A stretch of DNA of 57,281 bases from an uncultured Actinomycetes bacterium (GCA_964631645.1 CAZVYU010000002.1:1-57281); one strand, 5' to 3'. Positions 1-10,060 are shown, counted from the stretch's first letter. Numbers and translations: made by a program. Notes: generated by a model not told the origin, from the sequence alone.

Positions 1-1
1 C

Positions 2-700
2 TCCGAGCGGGTCCTTGAGCCCTATCCCTACCTGGTGGTGATCGTCGTCGAGTTGGCAGACCTGATGAGGGTGGCGCCACGCGACGTCGAAGAGTCCATC
101 GTGCGCATCACCCAGTTGGCGCGTGCTGCGGGGATCCATCTCGTCCTGGCCACCCAACGACCCAGCGTCGACGTGGTGACCGGGCTGATCAAAGCCAACG
201 TACCGAGCCGGCTGGCCTTCGCCACGTCGAGCCTGGCCGACAGCCGGGTCATCCTCGACCAGCCGGGTGCCGAGAAGTTGGTGGGGCAGGGCGACGGCCT
301 GTTCCTGCCGATGGGCGCCAGCAAGTCGGTGCGGATCCAGGGCGCCTTCGTGGCCGAGTCCGAGATCCGCGCGGTGGTCCAGCACTGCAAGGACCAGATG
401 GCCACGCGTTACCGCGACGACGTGGTCGCCGCCGGCTCCCGTAAAGGCGAGATCGACGAAGAGATCGGCGACGACCTCGACCTGCTGTGCCAGGCCGTGG
501 AACTGGTCGTGGACACGCAACTCGGGTCCACCTCGATGCTGCAGCGGCGGCTGCGCGTCGGCTTCGCCAAGGCCGGCCGCTTGATGGACATCATGGAGGT
601 CCGCGGCATCGTCGGGCCGTCAGAAGGATCCAAGGCGCGCGAGGTTCTGGTCAAACCGGATCAGGTGGGCGAAATCATCGCGGCGCTCCGCGGCGAGTGA
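2..700 (+). CDS. ftsK: DNA translocase FtsK/SpoIIIE, C-terminal portion (5' end outside window)
   Basis: The frame is open from the window edge. Motor-domain strings are present ([30 protein letters not shown]). The C-terminal winged-helix gamma domain is present ([32 protein letters not shown]). Confidence 0.9.
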   Translation, partial: SERVLEPYPYLVVIVVELADLMRVAPRDVEESIVRITQLARAAGIHLVLATQRPSVDVVTGLIKANVPSRLAFATSSLADSRVILDQPGAEKLVGQGDGLFLPMGASKSVRIQGAFVAESEIRAVVQHCKDQMATRYRDDVVAAGSRKGEIDEEIGDDLDLLCQAVELVVDTQLGSTSMLQRRLRVGFAKAGRLMDIMEVRGIVGPSEGSKAREVLVKPDQVGEIIAALRGE

Positions 701-704
701 GCCT

Positions 705-2105
705 GTGCATGCCGCCCCGCCGGGGCAATATCCTCATCGGGTGAGAACCGTCGCGCTGGTCACCCTCGGTTGTGCCCGCAACGACGTCGACAGCGACGAA
801 TTGGCCACCAACCTGGCCGATGCGGGCTACACGGTGACAACCGACGAGGCCGGCGCCGACGTGATCATGGTCAATACGTGCGGATTCGTGGCCGAGGCCA
901 AACAGGAATCCATCGACGCCCTTCTGTCCGCGGGGACGGACGGTCGCCCGGTGATCGCGGTGGGGTGCCTGGCCGAAAGGTACGGCCGCGATCTGGCCGG
1001 CGCCCTTCCCGAGGTGGCCGCGGTCGTCGGCTTCGACGGGTATCCGACCGTCGGACGGACGATCGAGCGCGTTCTGGCGGGGGAATCGATCGAGTCACAC
1101 GTGCCGACCGATCGCCGCACCCTCCTTCCGGTGACGCCGGTGGAACGACCGGGTCGCTCCCAGCCGCCCGGTCACGCCCCCACCACCGATCTGCCCGGCA
1201 TCCGGCGCCTGAGGCTGCGCCGGGGGCCGATCGCGTCGGTGAAGATCGCGTCGGGATGCGACCGCCGGTGTGCGTTCTGCGCGATCCCCCGGTTCCGGGG
1301 ATCGTTCGTGTCCCGCCACCCCGACGACATCGTCGCCGAGGTCGCCGCACTGGCTGACGACGAAGTCCGCGAAGTGGTGCTGGTCAGCGAGAATTCGACG
1401 TCGTACGGCAAGGACCTGGGTGATCCCCGGCTCCTGGAACTGCTGCTGCCCCGACTCGTGGCGCATGTCGGCCGGATCCGGGTGTCCTACCTGCAGCCGG
1501 CCGAGACCCGACCGACCCTGCTGACCACCATGGCCGCCACTCCCGGTGTCACCCCGTACTTCGACCTGTCCTTCCAACACGCCAGCGGACCGCTGCTGCG
1601 CCGCATGCGCCGGTTCGGGGACCGGGAGTCGTTCCTCGAATTGATCGCCACCATCCGCGAGCTGGTCCCCGAGGCGGGCATCCGCAGCAACGTGATCCTG
1701 GGCTTCCCGGGCGAGACCGAAGCGGACGTGGCGGTCCTGGAGGACTTCCTGGGACGCGCCGAACTCGACGCGGTCGGGGTGTTCGCCTACTCCGACGAGG
1801 ACGGCACCGAAGCCGCCGGCTTGAGCGATCAGGTCGACCCCGACGAGATCGCGGCCCGAGTCGATCGGGTGGCCGCGCTCGCCGAGACGGTCAGTGCCCA
1901 GCGGGCGGCCGATCGGATCGGCACCCGGGCCCTGGTGCTGGTCGAGCGCGTGAGCCGCAACTCCTGCGTCGGCCGCTGTGAGTTCCAAGGGCCCGAGGAC
2001 GGCGAGACGACGGTGACCACCACCGACGCCGCTCCCGGTTCGTTGGTCGATGTGGTCATCACCGGCTCCGATGGTGTGGATCTGGTCGCCGAGGTCCGTT
2101 CATGA
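705..2105 (+). CDS. rimO: Ribosomal protein S12 methylthiotransferase RimO (radical SAM, MiaB family)
   Basis: The N-terminal domain reads VALVTLGCARNDVDSDELA ... MVNTCGF. The radical-SAM cluster motif is SGCDRRCAFCAIP, and a C-terminal TRAM-like region follows. Layout is closer to RimO than MiaB. The stop overlaps the next start (ATGA). GTG 741 is an alternative start. Confidence 0.8.
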   Translation: MHAAPPGQYPHRVRTVALVTLGCARNDVDSDELATNLADAGYTVTTDEAGADVIMVNTCGFVAEAKQESIDALLSAGTDGRPVIAVGCLAERYGRDLAGALPEVAAVVGFDGYPTVGRTIERVLAGESIESHVPTDRRTLLPVTPVERPGRSQPPGHAPTTDLPGIRRLRLRRGPIASVKIASGCDRRCAFCAIPRFRGSFVSRHPDDIVAEVAALADDEVREVVLVSENSTSYGKDLGDPRLLELLLPRLVAHVGRIRVSYLQPAETRPTLLTTMAATPGVTPYFDLSFQHASGPLLRRMRRFGDRESFLELIATIRELVPEAGIRSNVILGFPGETEADVAVLEDFLGRAELDAVGVFAYSDEDGTEAAGLSDQVDPDEIAARVDRVAALAETVSAQRAADRIGTRALVLVERVSRNSCVGRCEFQGPEDGETTVTTTDAAPGSLVDVVITGSDGVDLVAEVRS

Positions 2106-2698
2106 GTCAGCCGGCGGGCGCCCCTCCCTCCAACCTCAATGTGGCGAACGCCCTGACCGCGTTGCGCCTGCTCCTTGTTCCCGTCTTTGCCTGGCTGCTC
2201 CTTGCAGAGGGCGGCACCAATCCCAGCCTGCGGATCGCGGCTGCGGCGGTCTTCCTGATCGCCTCGCTGACCGACTGGGTGGACGGATGGTGGGCGCGCA
2301 AGTACGACCTCGTGACCACGTTCGGGAAGGTCGCCGATCCGATTGCGGACAAGGCCCTCACCGGGGTGGCGCTCATCGGACTGTCCTGGCTCGGGCTGTT
2401 GCCGTGGTGGGTCACCGTGGTCATCATCGGCCGGGAGGTGTTCGTGACCGTGCTCCGGTTTGTGGTCATCTCTGACGGGGTCATCCCGGCCAGCCGCGGG
2501 GGCAAGGCCAAGACCGTGAGCCAGATGCTGGCCATCACGATGTACCTGCTGCCGTTGACCGGTGCGTGGGTGACCATCCGCACCGGGGTGATGGCGTTGG
2601 CGGTGATTCTGACCGTCGTGACCGGCATCGACTACGCCGGTCGGGCGCTGGCGGTGCGGCGGCGCGGGGAACTGGTGCGAGAGGCGTTTCGCCCGTGA
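2102..2698 (+). CDS. pgsA: CDP-diacylglycerol--glycerol-3-phosphate 3-phosphatidyltransferase
   Basis: It carries the CDP-alcohol phosphatidyltransferase motif DWVDGWWARKYDLVTTFGKVADPIADK. The protein is multi-TM and hydrophobic. It is coupled to rimO. Confidence 0.88.
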   Translation: MSQPAGAPPSNLNVANALTALRLLLVPVFAWLLLAEGGTNPSLRIAAAAVFLIASLTDWVDGWWARKYDLVTTFGKVADPIADKALTGVALIGLSWLGLLPWWVTVVIIGREVFVTVLRFVVISDGVIPASRGGKAKTVSQMLAITMYLLPLTGAWVTIRTGVMALAVILTVVTGIDYAGRALAVRRRGELVREAFRP

Positions 2699-3213
2699 TC
2701 GGTCAAGCAGCCGTGGCTGCGTTGCAGGCCACGGGTCGCACCGTGGCGGCGGCCGAGTCGCTCACTGGCGGAGCGGTGTGTGTGGCGCTCAGCGAGGCCG
2801 AAGGCAGTTCGGCGGTCTTCCTGGGAGGGGCGGTGACGTATGCCGTGTCCGCGAAGACCGATCTGTTGGGTGTCCCGGCCGATCTGGTGCAGACAGTGGG
2901 GCCGGTGCATCCGCGGGTCGCGGTCGAGATGGCGCGCCGGGTCGCCGCCCGGACCGGCGCCGATGTCGGGGTGGCCACGACCGGAGTGGCCGGACCGAAG
3001 CCTCACGGGGGGCACGAGCCGGGGTACGCCCTGGTCGGGTGGTCATGTGGCGACCGGGTGGGGGCCATCGAGATCCAGGCGCCGGGGAGCCGAGCCACCG
3101 TTCGCGCGACGGTCGTCGCAGCAGCCCTCCAAGTCGTCACTCAGTGTGCCCGTAGGGGAGCAGCCAGTGCTGATGAGATGTCGGTGGACGCCGAGGTGGC
3201 GGACCGGGAATGA
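2695..3213 (+). CDS. CinA-family protein (PncC-type nicotinamide-nucleotide amidohydrolase domain)
   Basis: Motifs are [23 protein letters not shown] and [13 protein letters not shown] 2695 overlaps the pgsA stop (GTGA). The track ORF's upstream extension to 2566 overlaps pgsA and looks non-coding. Confidence 0.82.
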   Translation: MIGQAAVAALQATGRTVAAAESLTGGAVCVALSEAEGSSAVFLGGAVTYAVSAKTDLLGVPADLVQTVGPVHPRVAVEMARRVAARTGADVGVATTGVAGPKPHGGHEPGYALVGWSCGDRVGAIEIQAPGSRATVRATVVAAALQVVTQCARRGAASADEMSVDAEVADRE

Positions 3214-3394
3214 CCCGACACCGGTACCGGTTGTGGTCCATAGTGTTCGGTGTCCACCGGGCAGATGTCGGACCGAGGCGGTAGCGTCGCGGTGTCGAGC
3301 AGATCGGGAAAGTGACCGGCAGAACGGTTCAGAACGGACCGCTCTGGGGAAACGGGCCGCTCTGAAGGAACGGATCGGAAAGGAGGTGGGATCC

Positions 3395-3676
3395 GTGATC
3401 GTTGTTCGCGAAATCATCGGCGCCGAACTCCGTAAGCGCCGCCAGGATCAGGGCCGGACTCTGCGCGAGGTGTCCAGTGACGCCAAAGTGAGTTTGGGGT
3501 ACCTGTCCGAGGTCGAACGAGGGCAGAAGGAAGCGTCGTCCGAGTTGCTCTCGGCCATCTGCGGCGCTTTGTCCGCACCCCTTTCCGAGGTGTTGGTCGA
3601 AGCTGGTCGGCAGGCGGCGGTGCAGGAGGCACGGCAGGCGGGTCGCTCCCAGGCTTCCCACATCCTGGCCGCCTGA
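3395..3676 (+). CDS. clgR: XRE-family HTH transcriptional regulator, ClgR-like
   Basis: The HTH reads [48 protein letters not shown] at 3380-3386 lies 8 nt before GTG 3395. Its position after pgsA-cinA matches other actinobacteria. It is embedded in the longer track ORF 2840..3676. Confidence 0.75.
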   Translation: MIVVREIIGAELRKRRQDQGRTLREVSSDAKVSLGYLSEVERGQKEASSELLSAICGALSAPLSEVLVEAGRQAAVQEARQAGRSQASHILAA

Positions 3677-3677
3677 C

Positions 3678-4319
3678 ATGCGCCTGGCAGTCTTGGGGTC
3701 CGGTCAGGTCGGCTCGACCTTGGCGGAGGCCCTGGCCGATGCCGGTCACGAGGTTGCGCTCGGATCCCGCTCGGCCGACGCAGAGGCGCTGACTGCGGTC
3801 GTCTCCCAGCGTCCCGACATCCGGACGGGAACGTACGCCGACGTCGCCGAATCGCAGGATGTGGTCATCAATGCCACGCCGGGTCTCGCCAGTGTCGAGG
3901 TCATTTCCGGGCTCAGTTCATCGCTCGGTGCGGCCGTCCTTTGGGATGTGGCCAACCCGTTGGCGTTCGACGACGGTATCGCCGTCGTCCATCCGGGTGG
4001 CCGCAGTCTGGCGGAGCAACTGCAGGCCGCCGTTCCGGGCAACCCGGTGGTCAAGGCCCCCAACACGGTCAACACTTCGGTGATGGTGCAGCCCGCCGAT
4101 CTCGGAACCGAGCACCAGATCTTCCTGTGCGGCGACGACACGGCCGCGAAGACGACGGTGATGGCTCTGCTGGCAGACCTGGGGTGGCAACCGGGACAGG
4201 TCCTGGATCTGGGAGACCTGACCGCCGCCCGGGGAGCGGAGCAGTACCTGCTGCTGTGGCTTCGGCTCATGTCCACGCTGGGATCTCCGCAGTTCAACAT
4301 CCAGGTGGTGCAGCCGTGA
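3678..4319 (+). CDS. NAD(P)-binding oxidoreductase, NADPH-dependent F420 reductase-like
   Basis: The N-terminal Rossmann motif is MRLAVLGSGQVGSTLAEALADAGHEVALGSRS. Length of about 213 aa is typical of the NpdG/F420-NADP oxidoreductase family. It starts 2 nt after the clgR stop. Confidence 0.65.
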   Translation: MRLAVLGSGQVGSTLAEALADAGHEVALGSRSADAEALTAVVSQRPDIRTGTYADVAESQDVVINATPGLASVEVISGLSSSLGAAVLWDVANPLAFDDGIAVVHPGGRSLAEQLQAAVPGNPVVKAPNTVNTSVMVQPADLGTEHQIFLCGDDTAAKTTVMALLADLGWQPGQVLDLGDLTAARGAEQYLLLWLRLMSTLGSPQFNIQVVQP

Positions 4320-5239
4320 CCTCCGATCGTTTGTTCCGATGGCTCGACGAGCCCACCCCCGGTGATGGCCGGCTGGTGCTGGTTCACAGTCTGTCCGGGT
4401 TCATGGACGCCGGCTCAGCAGCACAGACTGCGGTCGCCCACCTGCTCGAGACCTGCAGCACCAGGCTGCTGGGCGAATTCGACCCCGACACGATCATCGA
4501 CTACCGCGCCCGTCGGCCCCGGATGACCTATGACGTCGACCGCTTCACTGCCGTGGACATGCCGACCGTGCAACTGCACGAGGTCACCGACGAACGCGGC
4601 ACCCGGTTCCTGCTGTTGAGTGGTCCTGAACCGGACTACCGGTGGAACTCCTTCGTCGACGAGGTGCTCGAGATCGTCGATGACCTTGGGGTGGACCTCA
4701 CGGTGGGTCTCATCGGCATCCCCTGGCCGGCTCCGCACACGCGCCCGGTGGGGGTCACGTTCCACGCCACGTCACCCGATCTGATCCGCGGACACACCTC
4801 GACCTTGGGCGAGATCGAGATCCCCGGGCACATCGCGGCCCTGCTCGAACTGCGACTGGGCGAATCGGGTCACGACGCGATGGGGCTGGCGGTCCAGGTG
4901 CCGCACTATCTGGTGCAGTTCGAGTACCCGCGCTCCGCCATCGCCCTGTTGCGTGCGCTGTCAGGGGCCGCCGGACTGGTTCTTCCCAGTGATGCTTTGG
5001 AGGAAGCGGCGTTACAGGCCGAAAGCGAGATCGACCGGCAGACCCACGAGTCCGACGAGTTTCCCCCTTTGTTGGCAGCGTTGGAGTCGCAGTACGACGC
5101 CGGTGTGGCCGGCGACGCCGATGCTGCGGAAGAGGGCGGCGGCGCACCGTTGCCGGACGCCGACCAGATCGGCGCCCAGGTCGAACGGTTCCTGGCCGAG
5201 ATGGACAGCCATCGGCCCGAAGGTGGCACGAGCGGCTGA
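4316..5239 (+). CDS. PAC2 (proteasome assembly chaperone 2-like) family protein
   Basis: The N-terminus reads LVLVHSLSGFMDAGSAAQTAVAHLL ... DYRARRPRMTYD, and the tail is acidic, which is the typical actinobacterial PAC2 layout. GTG 4316 overlaps the previous stop (GTGA). Confidence 0.72.
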   Translation: MTSDRLFRWLDEPTPGDGRLVLVHSLSGFMDAGSAAQTAVAHLLETCSTRLLGEFDPDTIIDYRARRPRMTYDVDRFTAVDMPTVQLHEVTDERGTRFLLLSGPEPDYRWNSFVDEVLEIVDDLGVDLTVGLIGIPWPAPHTRPVGVTFHATSPDLIRGHTSTLGEIEIPGHIAALLELRLGESGHDAMGLAVQVPHYLVQFEYPRSAIALLRALSGAAGLVLPSDALEEAALQAESEIDRQTHESDEFPPLLAALESQYDAGVAGDADAAEEGGGAPLPDADQIGAQVERFLAEMDSHRPEGGTSG

Positions 5240-5257
5240 CCTCGGCACACTCGGTGG

Positions 5258-8200
5258 TCAGCGGCGCAAGCGAAGACCGCCGGGCGACAGGACTGCGCCG
5301 GCGCCCTCGAACAGGCGGACGTCGTCGGGAGTGGGCTCCGACCCGTTGATCCGTTTGAGTGCCAAGGGGGGCACGAGCCCGGTGCGCACCGCTTCGGCGA
5401 TGGCGATCACCGCCTCCTCCGCCGCTTCGCCCGGCCACAGCAGCGCACTGGTCCCGCCGCGTTCCACGTACAGCGTCGGCCTGCCATCGACCAGGACCAC
5501 CGTCGCCCCGGCCTTCCGACCAGGCCGACCGGCCCCCGATGAGGCCGGCCAGGGCAGGGCCGCACCATACGGCTGCGCCGGGTCCGCCGCGGCGAGCACT
5601 TGGACCCCTGGCGGGGTCTGGGAACGGATGTCGTCTGCTGCGGCGCTGAGGGCGAACTGGGCGCCGCCCAGACCGTCGACGATGTAGCCCCGCCGACACA
5701 AGCCCTTGTCCTCGAGCGCCGAGAGCGCTCGGTACACGGGGCCGAACGACCGCCGTTCCGACGTGACCACACCCCGGGTGACCAGCCCGTGCCGGTTCAA
5801 CAGGACCTCCGCCTCGGTCACCACTGCCGTTGGGTCGACAACGTCCGACACCGGGAGCGCCGACCAGCGGCCGCTGCTGGAAACCCGCTGGGTGAGCCGC
5901 ATCCGGCGACGACCCACTGTGCGCCTGGCGCGGGCGCGGGCTCCGGCCCGGCGTCGAACCGGCGCCAGGGTGTCGTTGCTGACCAGTCCCGACCAGAGCA
6001 GTCGGTCCAATGACTCCTCCACCTGGGCCGCCGTCACCTCCTGGTCCCGGCGCATCCGCTGGGCCAGTTGGTCGGCGAACCAACCGCCGCCGTCGCTGAG
6101 GATCCCCAGGGTCGTGATGTCGACCGGAAGATCGGGAACGGTCGGACCGGGCAACAGGGCGGGTGCCAGCTCGCGGGGCGCCAGACATACCCAGGCGTCC
6201 CCGGGCAGCGGATCCAGCGCCCACCACACCACCTCGCCGGTCGTGGTGAGTTCATCCAGCAGCGCTGGGTCGTACTCAGCGACCCGACTGGGCAGGATCA
6301 AGGACTCCAGTTGTGACGCCGGCAGCGGCGCCCCGGCCAACTGATCGATGACGTCGAGCAGGCCATCGCGGCCGCGCGCAGGCCGCCCCGCGCCGGCGCC
6401 TTGCCAGCGAGCGGGGAACCCGGCGTAGTCCGCTTGTTCGACCGGTTCGATCTGGTCGGCGTAACGCGCCGCCGAGGCACGGCGCACGGCGCGTAAGACA
6501 TCGGGGTGGACGTATTCGGTGCCACTGCCCCCCGGTCGGAATGCCCCGGACAACAACGATCCGGCCCGGGTGAGCAGGTCGAGTTGTTCGCGCACGATGG
6601 CGCTGCCCAGTCCGAACCGAGCGGACACCTCGTCGACCGTGAAGGGACCGTGACAACGCGCGAAACGCAGGATCAGGTCGCGCGCTGCCGTGGGACGCGC
6701 CGCGAGCAAGGCCTCCGGCAGACCGGTGGGCAGCGCTACCCCCAGGGCATCGCGCAGCAGGGCCGCGTCGTCGGCCACGGCCACCCATTCGGCTCCCGCG
6801 TGGGTCACGACGATGGCGCGACGGGAGTCGACCAACTCCTCCACCTGGGGGTAGCCGACGCCGCGGGCCTCGCCCTCGTCGCGTCGTAGCGGTCCGATCT
6901 CGCGCAGCACGTCCCACGCCTGTTCGGTCGTGGCGGCAGCACGATCGCCGAGCCGTTGCAGTCGCGCCGCGACGTCGTCCATCGCGTCGGGGTGGAGCAG
7001 TTCGCGGAGGTCCGCGGTTCCCAGGAGTTCGGTGAGCAGGGCGTCGTCGAGCGCGAGCGCGGCCGACTTGCGCTCTGCGAGCGGTGAATCGCCCTCGTAC
7101 AGGAAGGCCGCCACGTAGCCGAAGAGCAGGGAACGGGCGAAGGGGGACGGTGCCGACGTGTTGATCTCGGTGATCCGGATGTCCCCGGAATCGACGGCGC
7201 GCAGCAGGTCGGTGAGCCCAGGCAGGTCGTAGACATCCTGCAGGCACTCCCGCACCGTCTCGAGCACGATGGGGAAATCGGCATACCCCGACGCGACCGA
7301 GAGCAGCTGCGCCGAGCGTTGCCGCTGCTGCCACAGCGGCGACCGGCGGCGCGGGTCGCGGCGGGGGAAGAGCAACGCCCGGGCGGCACACTCGCGGAAC
7401 CGCGAGGCGAACAGGGCCGAACCACCGATCAAGGTGGTCAGGCGGGCGGTCACCTCGTCGGGATCCACCCGGATCAGTTCGGACAGTGCGGGCAACGAAT
7501 CCAACGATCCGTCATCCGGGAGCCGCAGCACGATCCCGTCATCGGCGGCCATCACCTGGCCGTCGAGACCGTAGCGGTTCTCGATGCGGTCGGCGATGAT
7601 CAGGGCCCAGGGCGCATGGACGCGCGCGCCGTAGGGGGAGTGCAGCACCACCCGGCGATCGCCGAGTTCGTCGTCGAACTGCTCGATCGTCACGGCTGCG
7701 GCGCCCGGCAGGGTCCCCGTCGCGGCCAGCTGCTCGTCGAGGTAGGCCTTCAGGTTGTCCGCCGCCGAATCATCCAAGGATGCCGGCAGGGTGTGATCCC
7801 CGGCGGCGTAGGTGTCGAGGAACTCACCCAGCGCGCGACCCAGCGGGTACGGGCGCCCCACTGAGTCGCCATGCCAGAAGGGCAGTTTGGCGGGCTGTCC
7901 AGGGGCCGGGGTGACCAGGACCCGGTCGGCGGTGATGTCCTCGATCCGCCAACTCGTGCTGCCGAGTGCGAAGACGTCGCCGACCCGGGACTCGTACACC
8001 ATCTCCTCGTCGAGTTCGCCCACCCGGCGGTTCGTGTCCGCTCCGGCCAGGAAGACGCCGAAGTGGCCGCGGTCCGGGATGGTCCCGGCGTTGGTGACGG
8101 CGAGTCGGGCGGCACCGGGCCGCCCCGTCAACAGCCCCGTCGTCCGGTCCCACACGATGCGCGGCCGCAGGTTGGCGAACTCCTCGGAGGGGTAGCGGCC

Positions 8201-9667
8201 GGCCAGCATGTCTACCACTGCCTCGAACGCGGATCGGGGCAGTTCGCGGTAGGGCCAGGCGGAGCGCACCAGGCCGAACAGTTCGTCGATGTCCCAGTCG
8301 TCCATGGCCAGGATCGCCACGACCTGTTGAGCCAGGACATCCAGCGGGTGACGCGGCGGCTGGACCGGTTCCAGCGCACCCGCCTTCATACCTTCGACCG
8401 TCACCGCCGCAGCGAGGAGGTCACCGCGATGAGTCGGGTACACCACGGCCCGCGATACGGCGCCGACCTGGTGACCGGCACGCCCGACTCGTTGTAGTCC
8501 GGATGCGACCCCCGGCGGACTCTGTACCTGGATCACCAGGTCGACGGCGCCCATGTCGATCCCCAACTCCAGGGTGCTGGTTGCCACCACCGCACGCAGC
8601 CGGCCCGACTTGAGGTCGTCCTCGATCTCGCGGCGCCGTTCGCGGCTCACACTGCCGTGGTGCGCACGAGCCAGGACCGGTTCGGCGCCCCGACTGCTTC
8701 CGGCCTGGGCCATCACCTGGGCGGGGGTGGTCCGGCTCGTCCGACCTGCCGGGGCCACGTCACCGTCGGCCGGTGATTCCCGGTCGGTCCACAGTTCGTT
8801 CAGACGGGTGGTGAGCCGTTCCGACAAGCGCCGTGAGTTCGTGAAGACGAGGGTCGAGGACGTCTGCTCGATCCGCTCGACGATGGCCTGCTCGACATGG
8901 GGCCACACCGACGGGTTGCGGGTCTCGTCGGTGTCGGAGTCGGCGACCGGCGGGTTGGCCAGGTCGGGGACCGGCACGGTGACCGACAGGTCCAGTTGTT
9001 TGTCCGACGGCGGGGCCACCACGGTCACCTCTCCGCCCGCGGCCAGGTAGGAGGCCACCACGTCGACCGGACGGACAGTGGCGGAACACCCGATGCGCTG
9101 GATTCCTGCGCTCAGTCGGTCCAACCGCGCCAGACTCAGGGCCAGGTGCGACCCGCGCTTGTTGCCGGCGAGTGCGTGGATCTCGTCGACGATCACCGTG
9201 TCGACCCCGGTGAGGGTGTCCCGCGCGCCTGAGGTCAGCATCAGGAACAGCGACTCCGGCGTCGTGATCAGGATGTCGGGCGGATGGGTCACGAGACGCC
9301 GCCGCTCCGTCGCTGAGGTGTCGCCGGTCCGGACTCCCACGGTGATGGCGGCCAGGTCGGGGTCGATGCGCGCCAGTCCCGCCAGTGGGCTCCGCAGGTT
9401 GCGCTCGATGTCCACAGCCAGTGCCTTGAGCGGTGACACGTAGACGACCTTGGTCCCCTGGCCGGGGCCGGAATGCACCAGTCGGTCGATCGCCCACAGG
9501 AAGGCGGCGAGGGTCTTACCGGAACCGGTCGGGGCCACGACGAGGGTGTGGGCACCCGTTGCGATCGACTCCCACGCCCCGGACTGCGCCGCGGTGGGAG
9601 CGGCAAACGACTCGGTGAACCACTGCCGGGTCACCGGCGAAAAATCCGCCGACACTGCTGGGTCCAC
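5258..9667 (-). CDS. lhr: ATP-dependent helicase Lhr (large helicase-related, DEAD/DEAH superfamily 2)
   Basis: The product is about 1470 aa. Walker A is VVAPTGSGKTLAAF and the DEAH box is VIVDEIHAL. A long Lhr-type C-terminal extension follows. The start is placed at GTG 9667; GTG 9655 and the track start 9757 are alternatives. Confidence 0.88.
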   Translation of the reverse strand: MDPAVSADFSPVTRQWFTESFAAPTAAQSGAWESIATGAHTLVVAPTGSGKTLAAFLWAIDRLVHSGPGQGTKVVYVSPLKALAVDIERNLRSPLAGLARIDPDLAAITVGVRTGDTSATERRRLVTHPPDILITTPESLFLMLTSGARDTLTGVDTVIVDEIHALAGNKRGSHLALSLARLDRLSAGIQRIGCSATVRPVDVVASYLAAGGEVTVVAPPSDKQLDLSVTVPVPDLANPPVADSDTDETRNPSVWPHVEQAIVERIEQTSSTLVFTNSRRLSERLTTRLNELWTDRESPADGDVAPAGRTSRTTPAQVMAQAGSSRGAEPVLARAHHGSVSRERRREIEDDLKSGRLRAVVATSTLELGIDMGAVDLVIQVQSPPGVASGLQRVGRAGHQVGAVSRAVVYPTHRGDLLAAAVTVEGMKAGALEPVQPPRHPLDVLAQQVVAILAMDDWDIDELFGLVRSAWPYRELPRSAFEAVVDMLAGRYPSEEFANLRPRIVWDRTTGLLTGRPGAARLAVTNAGTIPDRGHFGVFLAGADTNRRVGELDEEMVYESRVGDVFALGSTSWRIEDITADRVLVTPAPGQPAKLPFWHGDSVGRPYPLGRALGEFLDTYAAGDHTLPASLDDSAADNLKAYLDEQLAATGTLPGAAAVTIEQFDDELGDRRVVLHSPYGARVHAPWALIIADRIENRYGLDGQVMAADDGIVLRLPDDGSLDSLPALSELIRVDPDEVTARLTTLIGGSALFASRFRECAARALLFPRRDPRRRSPLWQQRQRSAQLLSVASGYADFPIVLETVRECLQDVYDLPGLTDLLRAVDSGDIRITEINTSAPSPFARSLLFGYVAAFLYEGDSPLAERKSAALALDDALLTELLGTADLRELLHPDAMDDVAARLQRLGDRAAATTEQAWDVLREIGPLRRDEGEARGVGYPQVEELVDSRRAIVVTHAGAEWVAVADDAALLRDALGVALPTGLPEALLAARPTAARDLILRFARCHGPFTVDEVSARFGLGSAIVREQLDLLTRAGSLLSGAFRPGGSGTEYVHPDVLRAVRRASAARYADQIEPVEQADYAGFPARWQGAGAGRPARGRDGLLDVIDQLAGAPLPASQLESLILPSRVAEYDPALLDELTTTGEVVWWALDPLPGDAWVCLAPRELAPALLPGPTVPDLPVDITTLGILSDGGGWFADQLAQRMRRDQEVTAAQVEESLDRLLWSGLVSNDTLAPVRRRAGARARARRTVGRRRMRLTQRVSSSGRWSALPVSDVVDPTAVVTEAEVLLNRHGLVTRGVVTSERRSFGPVYRALSALEDKGLCRRGYIVDGLGGAQFALSAAADDIRSQTPPGVQVLAAADPAQPYGAALPWPASSGAGRPGRKAGATVVLVDGRPTLYVERGGTSALLWPGEAAEEAVIAIAEAVRTGLVPPLALKRINGSEPTPDDVRLFEGAGAVLSPGGLRLRR

Positions 9668-9746
9668 CTCGTCATGGTGCCCCGCGGTCGGGTCCACCAC
9701 CAACCGCGGGGTGGGTCGATGACTCGGTCCGGGGCACACTGGTCGG

Positions 9747-9941
9747 GTGCGGCTCACCGAGTTCTGGCGACGGATGGACGAAGTCTTCGGATCTGCCTAC
9801 GCGGCGTCCTGGGCGGCGGACTTCTCAGTGGCCGAACTGGCGGGCCGGACGGTGACCGAAGCGCTGGCGGACGGGGAACCGGCCAAGGAGGTCTGGCGGG
9901 CGGTCTGTGCCCAGGTCGAGGTTCCGCGCCACTTACTGTGA
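9747..9941 (+). CDS. DUF3046 domain-containing small protein
   Basis: It is a 64-aa ORF (MRLTEFWRRMDEVFGSAYAASWA...) in the position just upstream of recA that this family occupies in actinobacteria. Confidence 0.6.
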   Translation: MRLTEFWRRMDEVFGSAYAASWAADFSVAELAGRTVTEALADGEPAKEVWRAVCAQVEVPRHLL

Positions 9942-9975
9942 CTGTCCCCGACACGCGGGGTCCGGTGGTGGACGT

Positions 9976-9991
9976 TCGAACATTTGTTCGT
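9976..9991. promoter_or_regulatory. LexA SOS box upstream of recA
   Basis: The sequence TCGAACATTTGTTCGT matches the actinobacterial LexA consensus TCGAAC-N4-GTTCGA at 15 of 16 positions. It lies in the DUF3046-recA intergenic region. Confidence 0.75.
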
Positions 9992-10020
9992 TTACTGTCG
10001 GAGAGTCCGCACCCGGCGGA

Positions 10021-10060
10021 CGCCCGACTGGACCCGACTGGACCCGACTGGACCTGGCTG
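10021..10060. repeat. Tandem 10-bp repeat (GACCCGACTG-like), 4 units
   Basis: The units read cgcccgactg gacccgactg gacccgactg gacctggctg. Two are perfect and two are degenerate. The repeat lies inside the recA upstream region. Confidence 0.8.

Noticed and set aside
3321-3337. GAAC-G-GTTC within the clgR leader was considered as a second LexA box.
   Set aside because: The half-sites are separated by 1 nt, not the 4 nt of the actinobacterial consensus TCGAAC-N4-GTTCGA, and the flanking TC/GA bases are missing.
10021-10060. The tandem repeat was considered as a possible CRISPR or minisatellite array.
   Set aside because: The units are 10 bp and contiguous, with no spacers. There are only 4 copies and no cas genes. 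It is not a CRISPR and is kept only as a short tandem repeat.
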